Positions 31,201-46,279 of a stretch of DNA of 64,000 bases are shown piece after piece. This DNA comes from the human T2T-CHM13v2.0 reference genome, Homo sapiens: NCBI RefSeq assembly GCF_009914755.1, contig NC_060940.1; one strand, given 5' to 3'. Position 1 is the first letter of the stretch. The number at the start of each line of letters is the position of its first letter. The position numbers and the translations under genes are program-made. The notes under the pieces were generated by a model. It did not search any database and was not told the origin of the DNA. It was given only the letters and a program-made list of their open reading frames with translations.

Positions 31201-32884
31201 GAGGACAAACTAACTCATCAAATGTTGAGTTACATAATTTTGAAAATTCCTTATTTACTTCTTCTACTTTCTTCTGACTACTTTATGGTTTCTGCTTGTT
31301 TTTGAAGTCTATGTTTTTCTTAGTTTCTTTAAAAAATGTATTATTATTATTTTTTAATTTTACTGTACTCAGGAACATTCTTCCTAGGTAATATTACCAA
31401 TCTCCATGGTCTCAATGATAATCTCTGTGTTGATGACACCCAAACATTTATTTTCACTTTCTAAAGTGACAAATATCTATTTCTAAGATCCCTCTTCATT
31501 TATCTACTTGAGAATGCTTCATAACATGTTAGCTTTTCACAATGATGAAGCTGTCTCCTGTAATCTCAATTTCAGTTCATAGACTCACCATCTACCTATT
31601 TTTTCTAAGCCCTACTTGTGACAACATTGGCACCTTCGTATATTCACCCCTAAGCCTGTCTGTCATCATGGTAGACTAATCATTCTTCAGCTTAGCATGT
31701 GTTAGACCTACTAGGTACCTACAGATTCCAATCCTTCCTCTCTCTGCCAAGATTTTGATTTATTTGGCCAGTGTTGGGGCCCAGGAATGTGTAATTTTAT
31801 CAAGACTCTCAGGTTGTTTATACACCAGATCGTGAGAAAAATGACATTTAGACCACAAAACTATTGGAGAAAAAGGTAATCACTTATTACATTTGTGTCC
31901 CCAGCATTTAGGAAAATGTTTAATACATAGTGAGTGATTAAAATATTGGAAAAAAACTGAATGGATCTTCAATTCAACAAACTTAAAAATGTCACTAATT
32001 CGGCCTCTTCATCATTAAATCTGCCACTGTTTTAGTCTACTGAGAATTGATCTGTGGTATTAAACATACTAGGATTTCTGAATGAGGTCTGTATATCTGT
32101 GTTGTTAAATATTAGCCCAAAAATATTAGCCCAAGTTATCTTTATGAAATGAAGAAGGCAGAAAGGTTAAAGAACCAGTAGGTGACTTCCTCATTATACT
32201 TCACGTTTATACTAAGAAACATATCCCTATCAACAGTTTCTCTTTACTACAGTTGATTCCCATACTTACACAGGAGCTACCTTTGCAAAACACAAATTTA
32301 CGTGTTATTCCCTTGTTATAAACATTTGGGTGGGCTCCACATTTCGTATAAGATAGCATCCCTAAACAGTGATCTCTTTCATGCCTAGATGTTTTTGTGT
32401 GTGTTTCTTCTTTGGAATGCCTTACAGTCTCTAATGAAAAGTGACAGATGATTGATAGCATCCCTCCCATCAAGATCCAGCTAAGTGCCACCTCCTCAGT
32501 GAGGCAGTAAACCTCTCTCAAGCAAAACTATTGCTGCATCCTATCCCACTCTGAGAAGAGTTTTCTTTATATCTCTTATAGCATTGCCATGTCGTGTTCC
32601 ATTATTTCCATCTGCATACCCTTTGTTTGCAAGCATGAGGGTTATATTCCCAGAGTTACTAAATATCTTAGTAGTAGCTGAATATTTAAATCAAGCTTAT
32701 GAATCAAACTCATTAAAATATTAGAGGCTTTTACCAGCAGGTTCCAGATGTATTGCAAATGTGAATGTCTGAAATGCTCATGGCTCGTGATTGATGGTGT
32801 TACCAATGTTCCATGGAACAGATGACAAAGAGTTTCCTATAGGAAACGTTACTGGGCTAGCAAAACCAAGGATGTCCACTATAC

Positions 32885-33350
32885 AGTATTTTGAGGATAA
32901 ACACCAAGCCCTTTAGTGTTACTTGCAAGGGATTTCATTTTCTGGTACCAGTTACATCATCAACTTCATTTCTTTCTCTTATTTTCCTCATATGCTGTAC
33001 TCTAGCCATAATGAACTGCTTACAAGGATTAAATCAAATGCAGTATCTTTTTCCTCTTCTCTTTTGCATGACTTGTTTATTATGCTTAGAAAGCTCCCTT
33101 CTCTTTTCCCTCCACCCTCCCAGAAAATTTCTGAGCTCAGTTCAGGTTTCAATTCCCTGCTGCTTGGTCTGTTGCAAGAGCCCATCCTCTGTGCCTCTAA
33201 ATGAGCCCATGCCTGGGGCTATTTTACTCTTTACATGGAGATTTATTTCTTTTATGATAAACCCTGAGCTTTATCAGGAGAGATAAAGTCATATGAGGCC
33301 TGTATACTCTGTAGCTAGCACAGAACTGAATAAATTTATTAATGAAGAAA
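32885..33350 (+). mobile_element. L2 fragment
   Basis: GAGGATAAACACCAAGCCCTTTAG...CTCTAGCCATAATGAACTGCTT...TAGCACAGAACTGAATAAAT. Confidence 0.55.
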
Positions 33351-34878
33351 TAACTAAATAAGTGATAATTATTAATAGTTACTGTACTTGGATAATTAAT
33401 ATGTTAATATATAAGCTACTTAATATTATGAGTCCTTCCAGGCAGGAGAATAATGAGGCTTTATTAATGTCCCCTCCCCATCTGAACACAAAACAACCTA
33501 CTTTTTCCCCTAAGGCCACTCACTTAACAAATTTTTTAAATAATAGTTCCTGGACCTATGGAATTTGCTGATCAGCATAATTGAAAGAGAAGATCATAGT
33601 GTTACACCCAACTTAATATACATTACAGCATTACTGAACTTTTATATTTATCCTTTGTTGTGCTAAGTAAGAATTAGTTTTCTTATTCTATTTTAAAAAA
33701 TAATTTGTAGAAAAACTCAGTTACTGTTTTTACAAAAGCATAATTCAGGTCTTAATTTAGATAATAAGCTATATCTCAGAGAGGAAAGAGGTATGTCCCT
33801 TAAAAATCATTTTGCATCTAGACAAGAGTAATTTTAATCCAAAACATTTGCAGGGAGACCTCCTGTTCAAGGTGGCATCATCAGAACAATGTAATAGCAA
33901 AATCTATATTCACAGCTTTTACTGGGAAGAGATGCTTCAAATTCATCATTATCATAGTTCTATAACCTTTATACTTTCTGACTAAGTTAAATTTGGACAT
34001 GAAAGCAAAAGACAAATTAGATAAATAGTCTTTACCACTAAGTCTCCTATCAAGAGTGGGAAAAAAAGTTCTGCGAAACTATCAGGATATAAATAATCCT
34101 GATTTTTCTTTTTATCTTCCTTTTATTTCTCCTCCTCCTCCTTTCCTCCTCTTTCTTCTCCCTCCCCTCCCCTCTCGAGATCGCAATTGAGATTCTCAAT
34201 TTAAATTGTAAGATAAAAAATCTTAGGAGAACTTAAATAGTAATTTTTGTCTTATTTCCTTTTTTTTGTGTTAGTAGTTTTCTGTATTATATTTTTAATG
34301 AAACAAATTTGTATTTGTGGAAAACACGATGGTAGGCCCACCTCCAAGTACAGGAGTACCATATGTAAGTGAGCTGTTGAATATTATAGTGTTTCTAGAA
34401 CTGTGTTGTCCGCATATGGCTGTTTAAATTAATTAAATTTACGTAAAATTAAAAATCCGGTTTCTCACTCATGCTAGCTACATTTCAAGTGCTCAGTAGG
34501 CACATAAGTCTACCATTGTGTACAAGGTACTTTATGCATTGTGTATGAAGTAAGGCATAGAATCAGTTTTTATCCCACCTCTTTTGGCAAAATAATTCTG
34601 ACCTGCTCCTTTCCTTCCACATTTCACCCGGATCACATCTCTTTGCCCTCAACTTTCATGAGATCCTCTATCTTTCTTTCATAAACGTGCATTGATTATT
34701 AGTTACCAAATCTTCACTGCTCTAAGATCCATTAGGAAAAGCACTATTGTAGTAAACAGATTCACTGAGTATGTCTGAATGAAAGAGTGGATGGGATGGT
34801 GTGGTTTGGGAAAAGTTAGGCAAAATAGCAGAAGGGATGTGGAGGCTACAGAAGAATAGAAACAAAAATAAGACATAA

Positions 34879-35056
34879 TTTTTATTTTATTTATTTTTAA
34901 AATTGTGTTTTATTTTAGATTCTGAAGGTACATGTGCATGTTTGTTACATGGGTATATTGTTTACTGGTGGGGATTGGGCTTCTAGTATACCTATTACCC
35001 AAATAGCGAACATTGTAGCAGGTAGATAATTTTTTAACACTTGCCCCCCCTCTCCA
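34879..35056 (-). mobile_element. Short L1PB/late-L1PA 3' end
   Basis: GGTACATGTGCATGTTTGTTACATGGGTATATTG...CCCAAATAGCGAACATTGTA. Confidence 0.8.
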
Positions 35057-36539
35057 CAATTTTATTTTTAGGTGAAATTGTTTATACCCCTAATCAGGTG
35101 AATGCTTATTGCCTCTGATCCCACACTCAATCAATGTGACATGTTCTTTCTAAAATAATGTCATTTTGGCATCCTACTTGGCTATCTTCTCAAGAAAGAT
35201 TTGTGTGTGTGTATATATGTGTGTGTGTCGCTACTTCTTTCTCTATGTAGACACAGTTTCCTTCAATAGCAGGAAAAAAATGATTTGAAGATCTTGTTAG
35301 GAATTCATACTGAGATTAGAGAGGATACTTCAAAGGACACACTTGAAGATCCTTATCTAATATACCCTAAAGATAATCACATAAAAATTCCACCTAGGAT
35401 TGAAACTACAGTTATTATATTCCTTAATAAGGCAATAATTTTCCTTTTGTCCCAACTACAGAATGTTCTTCATTTTTAACTTTCAGATATGACATGATTA
35501 TCTGACTTTATGAAGTTATAAAGTTGCAACTAAATTTTCAGATTGCTTTTAGTTTTAAAAGAAGAAGAAGAAAAAACCAGTTAGAGCACACTATTTCCCA
35601 GGTGGTGAGCAGCAATACTGCCACTGCTTTATTATTATTATTATTTGATGGAATATGATGGATAGAAAATTATTTACCTACTAGCAGAAAAAACATTAAT
35701 GCTGCAAAATTCATTTGTCTAAAGTTAAAGGCAAATATATTACCCTTTACAAATAAAATGTAATCTCTGCTATTCATCTTTTTCTACTTAACAGTTTCAT
35801 TAACACAGCATTATTTAGCAATCACCTTAAAGCTTCCTTCTTGGATCTATCAAATACCATGGTTGCAGATTAATCAAAAATTCTTTATTTCAGCTATTTC
35901 CTTGTAAACTTCTGTTTGTCTTCTACCTTTTGGTTTGTTCAATTTCCCTAATGTTAAACATTATGACAAATAGACTACGTCGAATTATTTACGGTTAAGT
36001 GGCAAGTACACAGCAAGCTGTCAGTCACATGGCATTTTACTAAAGACGCTGAATGCATATTTTCCTGGGAATTCACTCTGTACAATATAATTAATATAGC
36101 TAAAGAGATCATGCTGGGTAAAAATGTGGTTCTAGTGGGATATTAAAGAAAGAAAAGGTTAACATTTTTTTACTGGTGGCTATAAAACTATCACAAAGAT
36201 TTCTCCTCTTTTCTTGTCGTCTTTTTTGGTGTATAGTAGGATAAAACACTTGCAAATGAATAGGTTATAAATTAGACATGTATTGTACCCTACTCAGTGT
36301 TAAGTGCTTATGAAGAATCTGATCCTTTAATAAACAATCTACATAATGAGACAGGATTTCTTTGTTCTATAAAATAGTGGATGAATTACAATTTTGATGA
36401 CCCTGCAAAAATAATGGTTAATTGTAACCATATTCTTATTTTCTAAAGCAAAATTGTGACCCTCTGTCTTTGAATCTAAGTCCTTTTTCTCAATATAGGG
36501 CTTATAACAAGGTATAATTTTCTTTTAATTTGAAGTTAA

Positions 36540-36888
<349 letters not shown>

Positions 36889-37519
36889 TACTTTTACTTT
36901 TAAACAAACGATCATTTAGGGAGTTCTCTTATTTTAGGAAAAGAGAAGCTATTTAAGTGGAGAATGTGATAAAATAAACAAACTTAAAACATGACTTCGA
37001 GGTTGGGTAAGAACAGAGAGTTTTAGATAGAAGAATTTAGCTGCATTTTTATATTTTTCCTTATGGTCAGAGAAGGCATAAAAATCCTACTTTAATATTT
37101 TAATAGTGATGGATGCTTACTGAGTAAGAAAACCTGTGCTGGACATTCTGGGTATAATGAAGAATAGGGTACATTCCATAATCTTTCTTCTGTGACAGAC
37201 ATACAAAAAAGTTTTAAAACCATCATAGTAAGAATAAGAACAGAATGTATCAGGACATTCAGAGTAGCCTAGGTGAGGATGTGGTTACATCTATCTGGAA
37301 TATCATTAAAAGTTTCCCCAAGGAGGTAGTTAGGATGATTGGTATTAAAGGAAGAACTAACAGACTGCTTTTGTATGCCAATACATTATGACATTAAGAG
37401 TGCTTTTCTCTGTTTTATTTTACCAATCCATTAAATAAAGATGGCTCTAGATGCATACAACCTTAGCCTAGTGAACATTCAAATGCCAACATGTAATTCA
37501 TTCAAAATAATCTGCAGGC

Positions 37520-38337
37520 CTCAAAAGAAGACATTTATGCAGCCAAAAAACACATGAAAAAGTGCTCATCATCACTGGCCATCAGAAAAATGCAAATCAA
37601 AACCACAATGAGATACCATCTCACACCAGTTAGAATGGTGATCATTAAAAAGTCAGGAAACAACAGGTGCTGGAGAGGATGTGGAGAAACAGGAACACTT
37701 TTACACTGTTGGTGGGACTGTAAACTAGTTCAGCCATTGTGGATGTCAGTGTGGTGATTCTTCAGGGATCTAGAACTAGAAATACCATTTGACCCAGCCA
37801 TCCCATTACTGGGTATATATCCAAAGGATTATAAATCATGCTGCTATAAAGACACATGCACACATATGTTTATAGCAGCACTATTCACAATAGCAAAGAC
37901 TTGGAACCAACCCAAATATCCAACAGCAATAGACTGGATTAAGAAAATGTGGCCCATATACACCATGGAATACTATGCAGCCATAAAAAATGATGAGTTC
38001 ATGTCCTTTGTAGGGGCATGGATGAAACTGGAAACCACTGTTCTCAGCAAACTGTCGCAAGGACAAAAAACCAAACACCTCATGTTCTCACTCATAGGTG
38101 GGAACTGAACAATGAGAACACATGGACACAGGAAGGGGAACATCATACTCCGGGGACTGTTGTGGGGTGGGGGGAGTGGGGAGGGATAGCATTAGGAGAT
38201 ATACCTAATGTAAATGACGAGTTAATGGGTGCAGCACACCAACATGGCACATGTATACACATGTAACAAACCTGTACATCGTGTACATGTACCCTAAAAC
38301 TTAAAGTATAATAACAATAAAATAAAATAAAATAAAT
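37520..38337 (+). mobile_element. 5'-truncated L1PA4/5-like (ORF2 C-terminus plus 3'UTR)
   Basis: ORF remnants [23 protein letters not shown]; perfect 14-bp TSD AATAATCTGCAGGC at 37506-37519 and 38338-38351. Confidence 0.96.
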
Positions 38338-39500
38338 AATAATCTGCAGGCTTTTGAATTCAATAAAAAATCAATGTTAAAACACACATAGAAGAAAAAG
38401 GTTTTTTTTGTGTGTGTTGTTAATAATGTGTCACTTACTATATGGGGTATGTTGAATTGTCACTGCAGAATCCCTTAGTCTCTATAAGTGGCAAATCTAG
38501 GATAATGTAACAGAGAAGTAATAACGAAATAGAGTTGTTTGGCTATAAGCAGGAATCATAGCTGTAACGTACCTATAAAGACCATTTAATTAATTCAGTC
38601 GACATCTGCCTTAATCACTGGTGAAAATTAAGCCACGTTTGACCAACAACTCAAAACGTAATTCAGTTAGTAAACTATTGAAAACAAATAGGGGAAAAAG
38701 TACTTTCCATGTACTTGTTTTTAAATATTCATGCTATTGAACCATTCCCACTAAATGCATAAATGACAACATAATATTCAACTGTAACAGTTGGTGGAAG
38801 CCATTTTAAGTAGCAGTTTAACAAACAGAGATGAATTTTAATTTGCAATGCCAGTTGAGCTGTAATAAAAACTAGTATTCCAGCTGTGGGAAAAACAAAA
38901 CAAAAAAAAGACCCACACAGCTTGGTTAGAGTTATTTACAGTTTTTTTTTTTTAATACTTTACAGTACAATGAAACCATCTTGTTTCTATCCACACCAGA
39001 AGTTTGTTAAATCTCAAAATACATCTTAGGAAATGCAAAAAGCATGTCTCTTTAGGGAAATAAAAATATCTTTGTTGTATTAGATTACAGTGTTCAATTT
39101 AGTACAAGTTAACTTAGCAAGCTAAGTGTGCTATAGTTTTTGCACTATTTCAAAAATTGTGAGGGTTACTTTAGAGTAAATGAAAAACCCGTAGTTACTT
39201 TTAAAACTAATAAAAAAAGGTACTTTCTAACATTGAGTTCACAAAAATATATACTTTGCATTCAATGCTTACTTGCTTGGTTGATATTTTATTAACAAAA
39301 ATATTAACTTCTTGTTTATCAGGAGCTCATTTTAGAGAAATTTTTTTCATTCCTAACTATAAACACCAAATAATTTCAGTTAAAATGTTTCATAGATCTA
39401 TAATCATATTCCCAAAATGATTGCCTCACTTGTAAATAATAACTAGATCTGAGGAAATGGGCATCATACGTTTCCAATTTAATATGACATTTCACTGTGA

Positions 39501-39667
39501 TTTTAAGAAACGAGGGTCTCGCTCTGTCACCCAGATTGGAGTGGAGTGGTGCAATCAGACCTTGCTGCAGCCTGCAGCCTCACAGTCCTGGGCTCAAGCA
39601 ATCCTCCCACTTCAGCCGCCCAAGTAGCAGGGACTACGGGCATGCACCAAAATGCCTGGCTAATTTT
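39501..39667 (-). mobile_element. FRAM/AluJ right monomer
   Basis: GGGTCTCGCTCTGTCACCCAG...GCCTGGCTAATTTT; degenerate flanking duplication TTT(C/T)ACT(G/A)TGATTTT. Confidence 0.85.
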
Positions 39668-40744
39668 ACTATGATTTTTAAAATTATGCTGCCACTTAAA
39701 AAACTAGTTACTCATAGGATTATGTAGATTTAACGATATAATTTTATTTTAATTTTTTAAAAATGGAGATGATAAAAAGAATAATGATAAGAAAGAAGAA
39801 AAAAGAACAGTATTTACAGGAGAAGCCCTTCTCTATCTTCTAAGAATGTTGAGGTGCAAGAAAGATACTTTATGTGCTGAATGGGGAGACTATGGGACCA
39901 TGGATGCTAAGCAAAGAAGCAGAAAGCAAGGCACAGTGCTTTACATGAGGAAAGGGATTCCTTTGACCCTGTGGTAGAACCCAGCAAGGAAGGATGAAGT
40001 GGAGAAATGCAGGAGGCATGAAGGCAGGGAAACTAGGGGAGTGGAGGATGGATAGGGGTGGGAATAAAAAGTAAGAGAGACACAGAGACAAGGAAAGCAT
40101 GACTGAGAGTTCAAAGCATAGACAGCTCAGTAGAGGAAATGAAGGGAAGAAGACAGATCATGAAATCGAATATTGAGGTGGTTTTGCTTTATGAGTGAAG
40201 TGTAAGATCACTTCTCTACTTAGGAGAACTTTACTACAATATTACATTGGTCAGCACACACTTTGAAATAGGATCTGTGGTCTTTGGATTTGAAAATATT
40301 CCGAGACTTGTCCTAAGGAAGACACAGTGGAGAGCTGAGGTCAGCCAAGTAACTAAAATTTAAGTTATGTATGTGCCATTCCACAGTCATCAATGTTTAC
40401 TTTTCTTTATGTAGAAGAATGTATAAGCTTTTGATATATGATTAAGCCAAATATTATAAAATATTCCTTCACTGGTATATCCAATTTTCAAAGGAGGACA
40501 AAAACAATTTGTTTTTATTTCCCTTTGATATTAGTGCCCTGCACAGGGCCTGGCACACAGCAGGTACATAATAAAATATTTTTTGAAGGAATGAATGCAA
40601 AAATAGATTTTTTTCCGCAGAATATGCAGTTTTTGCTCTTGTTTGATATTACTATTGTTATCACTGTTATTATCTTAATAAAGTGTATTTGAACCTTTCA
40701 GCATGCTCAGATTTCCAAGTATGACTTTTCAGTTTTATTTGGTT

Positions 40745-41170
40745 TAAAAATCCGACATTGTAACGGGTGCCGCTACGGCTGCACTTCGAATCACTTAATT
40801 TCTCAAAATAGTGTCAGTGAAAACTCTCTATGTTGAGCACAGCCATGCAACAAAAGCCGTAACTTCCTGTAATGAAACCTAATGAAAAATCTCTGGGCTA
40901 GATTAGATGGTGTTCTGATGTGAGGCCAAGCAAAAGAGAACACTTAAGAGAAGGCTGTGGAGTTGAAATTACACTTTGTAGAAGAACAGGCAGGACGCAT
41001 GAGGAACTGAAGGCAGTATACCAAAGCACCAGCGGGGTTAGCTGCATTTTTTTTAAACCTTCCTGAAGACTGGCTGTGAAAGCCAACTGCTTCTAGAGAG
41101 ATGTCAGCGTGAGCTGCAATAGACCTATTTTCTGCGTCCAACATCAAGATGTGCGGTCTGGCAGGCATGA
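40745..41170. promoter_or_regulatory. Candidate enhancer/weak promoter (CpG-retaining unique island)
   Basis: 11 CpGs in ~410 bp of non-repeat DNA; ETS/PU.1/RUNX-like motifs. Confidence 0.35.
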
Positions 41171-41778
41171 GGGTATTTGTATGGACAATGGCTCTAAGTA
41201 TTTGAAATAGGAACTGCCATATAATAGTGTGTTACCCTCCAATTCCTGGAGATTCAAAGATAATTTTAAAAAGGAATACATAGGGAGACGTGAGTAAGAG
41301 GTAGAGACAGAAATGTAAGTACAGAGGAAAAGTTAAGAGAGATTTTAGAATGTATCAAGAAGAAAACTTAAATGAGCACAGTGACCTCATATCAGGTCTC
41401 TGGAGCTCACACCTTCCAAATTTTCAGGAAAATGAACTGCATAAGAAAATAATTATATACATTTACAATGCAAAGCATTTAACTAAGAAAATTAAATATG
41501 TCTTTTAGACACTCAGGACAACTCATTTTCAATACCAAAATAACAGAAAAAAAAAATCATCAGAATACTGGCTGGTGAATGGATGACCAAGAATGAAATT
41601 GGAAGGATTTTCTTGGGTCACTTTATTTATTTAACCAGAATATATTTATTTTATAATATGAGCATGAGACTATGCTAGGCATTTTGGGGGATACCCAAGA
41701 AGTAGAAATGCGACTAAATCCTAATTTATGCACAGCCTTATTTCAAGATCAGTCATTTTCTTATAATAAAATCAGAGA

Positions 41779-42130
<352 letters not shown>

Positions 42131-42554
42131 CTAGCCCTAACTCCTACCTGTGTGACTGGGGACAAACCAGTAAACTTCGCTTTACCTACATTTCTCACCT
42201 ATGCTACAAGGAATGCCTAAAGATATTCAGAGAAGTGTTGGGAGAATGTTTCCCATATGGTTCCTGGTGCTTATTTGATCCTTACTTTGATCCTGGTGCT
42301 TATTTTATCTATCACATGTACCCGCCAAATATTTACATTTATTATGTATCAATAAATAAAGAACACAAATAAAAACTTTCAGCTTTGCCTGCTAATAAAG
42401 CAACAATCTGTATACATAATAAATATTTTAATATGGGCGTGGATCAAGGAACCAATTAAGTGCTTTAATAAAGTAGAAATTAGGCCAACTTAAAAATAGG
42501 AAAAATATACTTTAAGAAGTAAATTTTGGAAAGCAAAAGAAACAGCAATAAGAG

Positions 42555-42770
42555 TTGTGTGGTTATTCAGTGTGTAAGTTGGCACATTTCAGAATCACAC
42601 AGCTTGGGTTTGAACCCTGGCTCCACAACTTTATCTGCAAAATGGGTGTACTAACAGTATCAACCTCACAATGCTGTGAAGACAATACACTTAAGAGTGA
42701 GACGTTCAGGGCTGCGCTTGGCGTGTAGTAAGCACTCAATAATAGCTAACTAACATTGATTGGTATTATT
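42555..42770 (+). mobile_element. MIR
   Basis: GGGTTTGAACCCTGGCTCCAC...ATCTGCAAAATGGG...TAGTAAGCACTCAATAA. Confidence 0.75.
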
Positions 42771-43043
42771 ATTCTGACAACTTAAGTCGTTACCTGCCGT
42801 GTCAAACTTCCATATTAAATGCCCTCAAGGCTACTGTGGTTATCTTTCCCTGTGCGGACCACAGTTCAAAATTCCAAAAATTAAAAAAAAAAAGTATTTG
42901 TGTAAACATTAATTTGGTGACCGGCTTCCTCGGCATCCAGTAAGCTTCCTGAAAGCAGGCCTCATGTTCTCGATCATCAGCAATACTTCTCCAGTGCCTG
43001 CCCAGCTTGGTAAGCACTGAAATAACATTGAATAATGGAATAA

Positions 43044-43388
<345 letters not shown>

Positions 43389-44189
43389 TCCAAGGGCTAT
43401 TTTTAAAGTGTAGTTTGGCTTTAATTTTTCATCTTCATCACATCGTTTTCCTATTCAAAGTGTATATGTAAGACAGCACACTGAAGCAGTACAGAATATT
43501 TATTAGCAGGCTGAGAAGAAGAAGAAAAGGAGGCCATTTACATGTAAATGTATGCTTTACGTAGCCCCTGATGGAGAATACCCAAAGGGTACCACCAGCT
43601 TCCTTAAGTAGTTATTGGAAGTCTAATTCAGGTAGGTTAATTGTAGGGTAGTAGAGGTGTGTGCTGGCCTGTGCAAAATAGCAGAGGGGAGACTGGCAAG
43701 CTGCCTCCGCTGGCTGCAGAATATAATAATGTTACAGCATCTGCTTCCTCTGGCTTTCGCATGTCACTAGTCAAGAGTAACTTGGAAGAAATGAAAATAT
43801 TTCTCCAGATTAAAAAAAAACTTTCTCCTGACCCATTAAGTTATTATACTAAGAACAACTTAAGTTGTATCATTGGTCTTAATGAAAACTTTTGAAATTC
43901 ATGAGGGCCTCTGGGGTAAGAACTGAGACTGTTTTTCTTCCCTAGCACAAGCCTTATCTCATATGCAAGGAGATCTGGCTTTAAATACTTATAGCAACAC
44001 TTACAAAGAGTGTGCCTCGGGGTACACTTTCTAGCTTCTCACAACTTTGACTTCCACTTCTGCAAATCATGGATAAATAGTATTTGGCTCACAACCTTAA
44101 CAGATTAGATAAGATGATCAATGAACAGCAAATAGCGTAGTGTCTGTCACCTACTAAGTACTCAGACAATGTTAGTGCTCTCTTCCTTA

Positions 44190-44770
44190 AGCTGGTTGGC
44201 AGTTTCTTATAAAGTTAAATATACCTTAAAACCCAGCCCTTCCACTCCTAGAATTTTACCCAAAATAAATAAAAATGGGTGATCACAAAAATATTTATGG
44301 AAGAATCCTTAAGAGCCAAAAACTGGACAGAAGAAAGCAGCCACAACTATACATAAACAAATATGTGCTTTTATAGATAAACAAACTGTACTTTTACCTA
44401 CTGGATGAAATACTATTCAGAAATGAAAGAGAATGAACTACTAATATAGGGAGCAACATGGATAAAGCTCTCAAACATTATGTTTTAGAAGCCAGACACA
44501 AAAGATTATATACTATACTATTTTTTAATCTATGCATTTACAGAACAGACAAAATTAATCTATGAGGATGAAAGTCAAAACAGTGGCTTCCTCTGGAGGA
44601 GGGGGATCAGCTGCAAATAGAGCAAAGGAAGTTTTCTGGAGCGATGGAAAAGTTCTATAAGTGGACTAGAATATTGGTTTTTGTGTATACCCATTTGTCA
44701 AATTCCTCAGTTCCATATGTGACCCTTTATACTTTTTACTTTGTTAAGAAACAATTTTTAAAAATTAAAG
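44190..44770 (+). mobile_element. L1ME-type 3' end
   Basis: TTGGCAGTTTCTTATAAAGTTAAATATACC...GCAACATGGATAAAGCTCTCAAACATTATG...AGAAGCCAGACACAAAAG. Confidence 0.8.
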
Positions 44771-45139
44771 GCAAAGAATACATCTTTCTAATGTTTTCCT
44801 CTTGAGCCCAAAAAGATTCCAGACAAATAGTAAATGAGTACATTTGTTGATGTAAATGTTCTTGCTATATACATGTATTTGCATACCTTTATCCTTTGTA
44901 TATGTCTATTTATACACTTACAGACACATATACATGGCATAATGCATACTTTACCTATGATACACACCACCCACTACCCTCAGCCGCAACTATACCAATA
45001 CATGTGTTCTGGCCATGTCACCTGCTGCTGGTTTAACTCCTAAATTAAGTTGTAAACTGCCAGAGGCTGAAGTCAATTATTTTTCTTTTCCTTTCTCTTA
45101 CTCATCTACTATTGTTGCCGAGATATAAATTCTCAGTAA

Positions 45140-45514
<375 letters not shown>

Positions 45515-46279
45515 TGAAAGTGTATCCACCTTGGGAAATCTTAATATACATTTTATTTTTCCTTTTTTTATTGTGATAATTAGAATTAAATCGCTTTTTG
45601 TCGGTAATACTAGACATATCACTACAATAATAATTTGCCTTTTTACTATTTTACTATTTTTTACTGACTTGATTTAGTGGATAATTTCTCTTTTATTTCC
45701 AGTTTTATGGAGGAGTAATTGAACAATACAAATTATATATATTGAAGGTGTAAGGTGTGATAATGTATGTGTACATTTTATAATGATTATCACATTACAT
45801 TCATTATCACTTTCAGTATTTTCATTACACTGTATATTATCATAGACTAAGAGAAGTCTAAAGCTTGCCTACCATGAATCATTAAAATGTCACATTTTGG
45901 CTTCATGATTTTTTCAGAAATGTATTCTATTTCGATTTAGCCACTTAGGTCTGGCAAGAGAAGACTTACTTTTTTTCAACTTATATTTATTTGTTCAGAG
46001 TTTTTAGAGGTACTCAGGTGGGTATTAAATACTCTCTCTTTTAATTTTTAAAATGTTATTGAACCTGATTTATAGTTTATTGGATAAACTAAGTTTGAAT
46101 GAATAAAGCTTCAGAAATCTGAAATTTATATTTAATGAGCCTAAATGTTTTAACTTCTAATTTGACCTATGTTAAAATTCTAGTATGAGACCACTTTAAT
46201 TTCGGAATGTGTTCCATGAAGAGACCAAGAGTACTGGAGTACTTCCAGAAATGCTTTGTAGTCAGAAATTCAGAATTTC

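Noticed and set aside
30783-33286. 141-aa and 131-aa ORFs
   Set aside because: They lie in probable MLT1 and L2 relics, with no recognisable domain or exon structure.
43675-43720. CTCF-like strings (TAGCAGAGGGGAG; CCAGCGGAGGCAGC on the minus strand)
   Set aside because: Poor fit to the core spacing; cannot be supported without PWM scoring or ChIP data.
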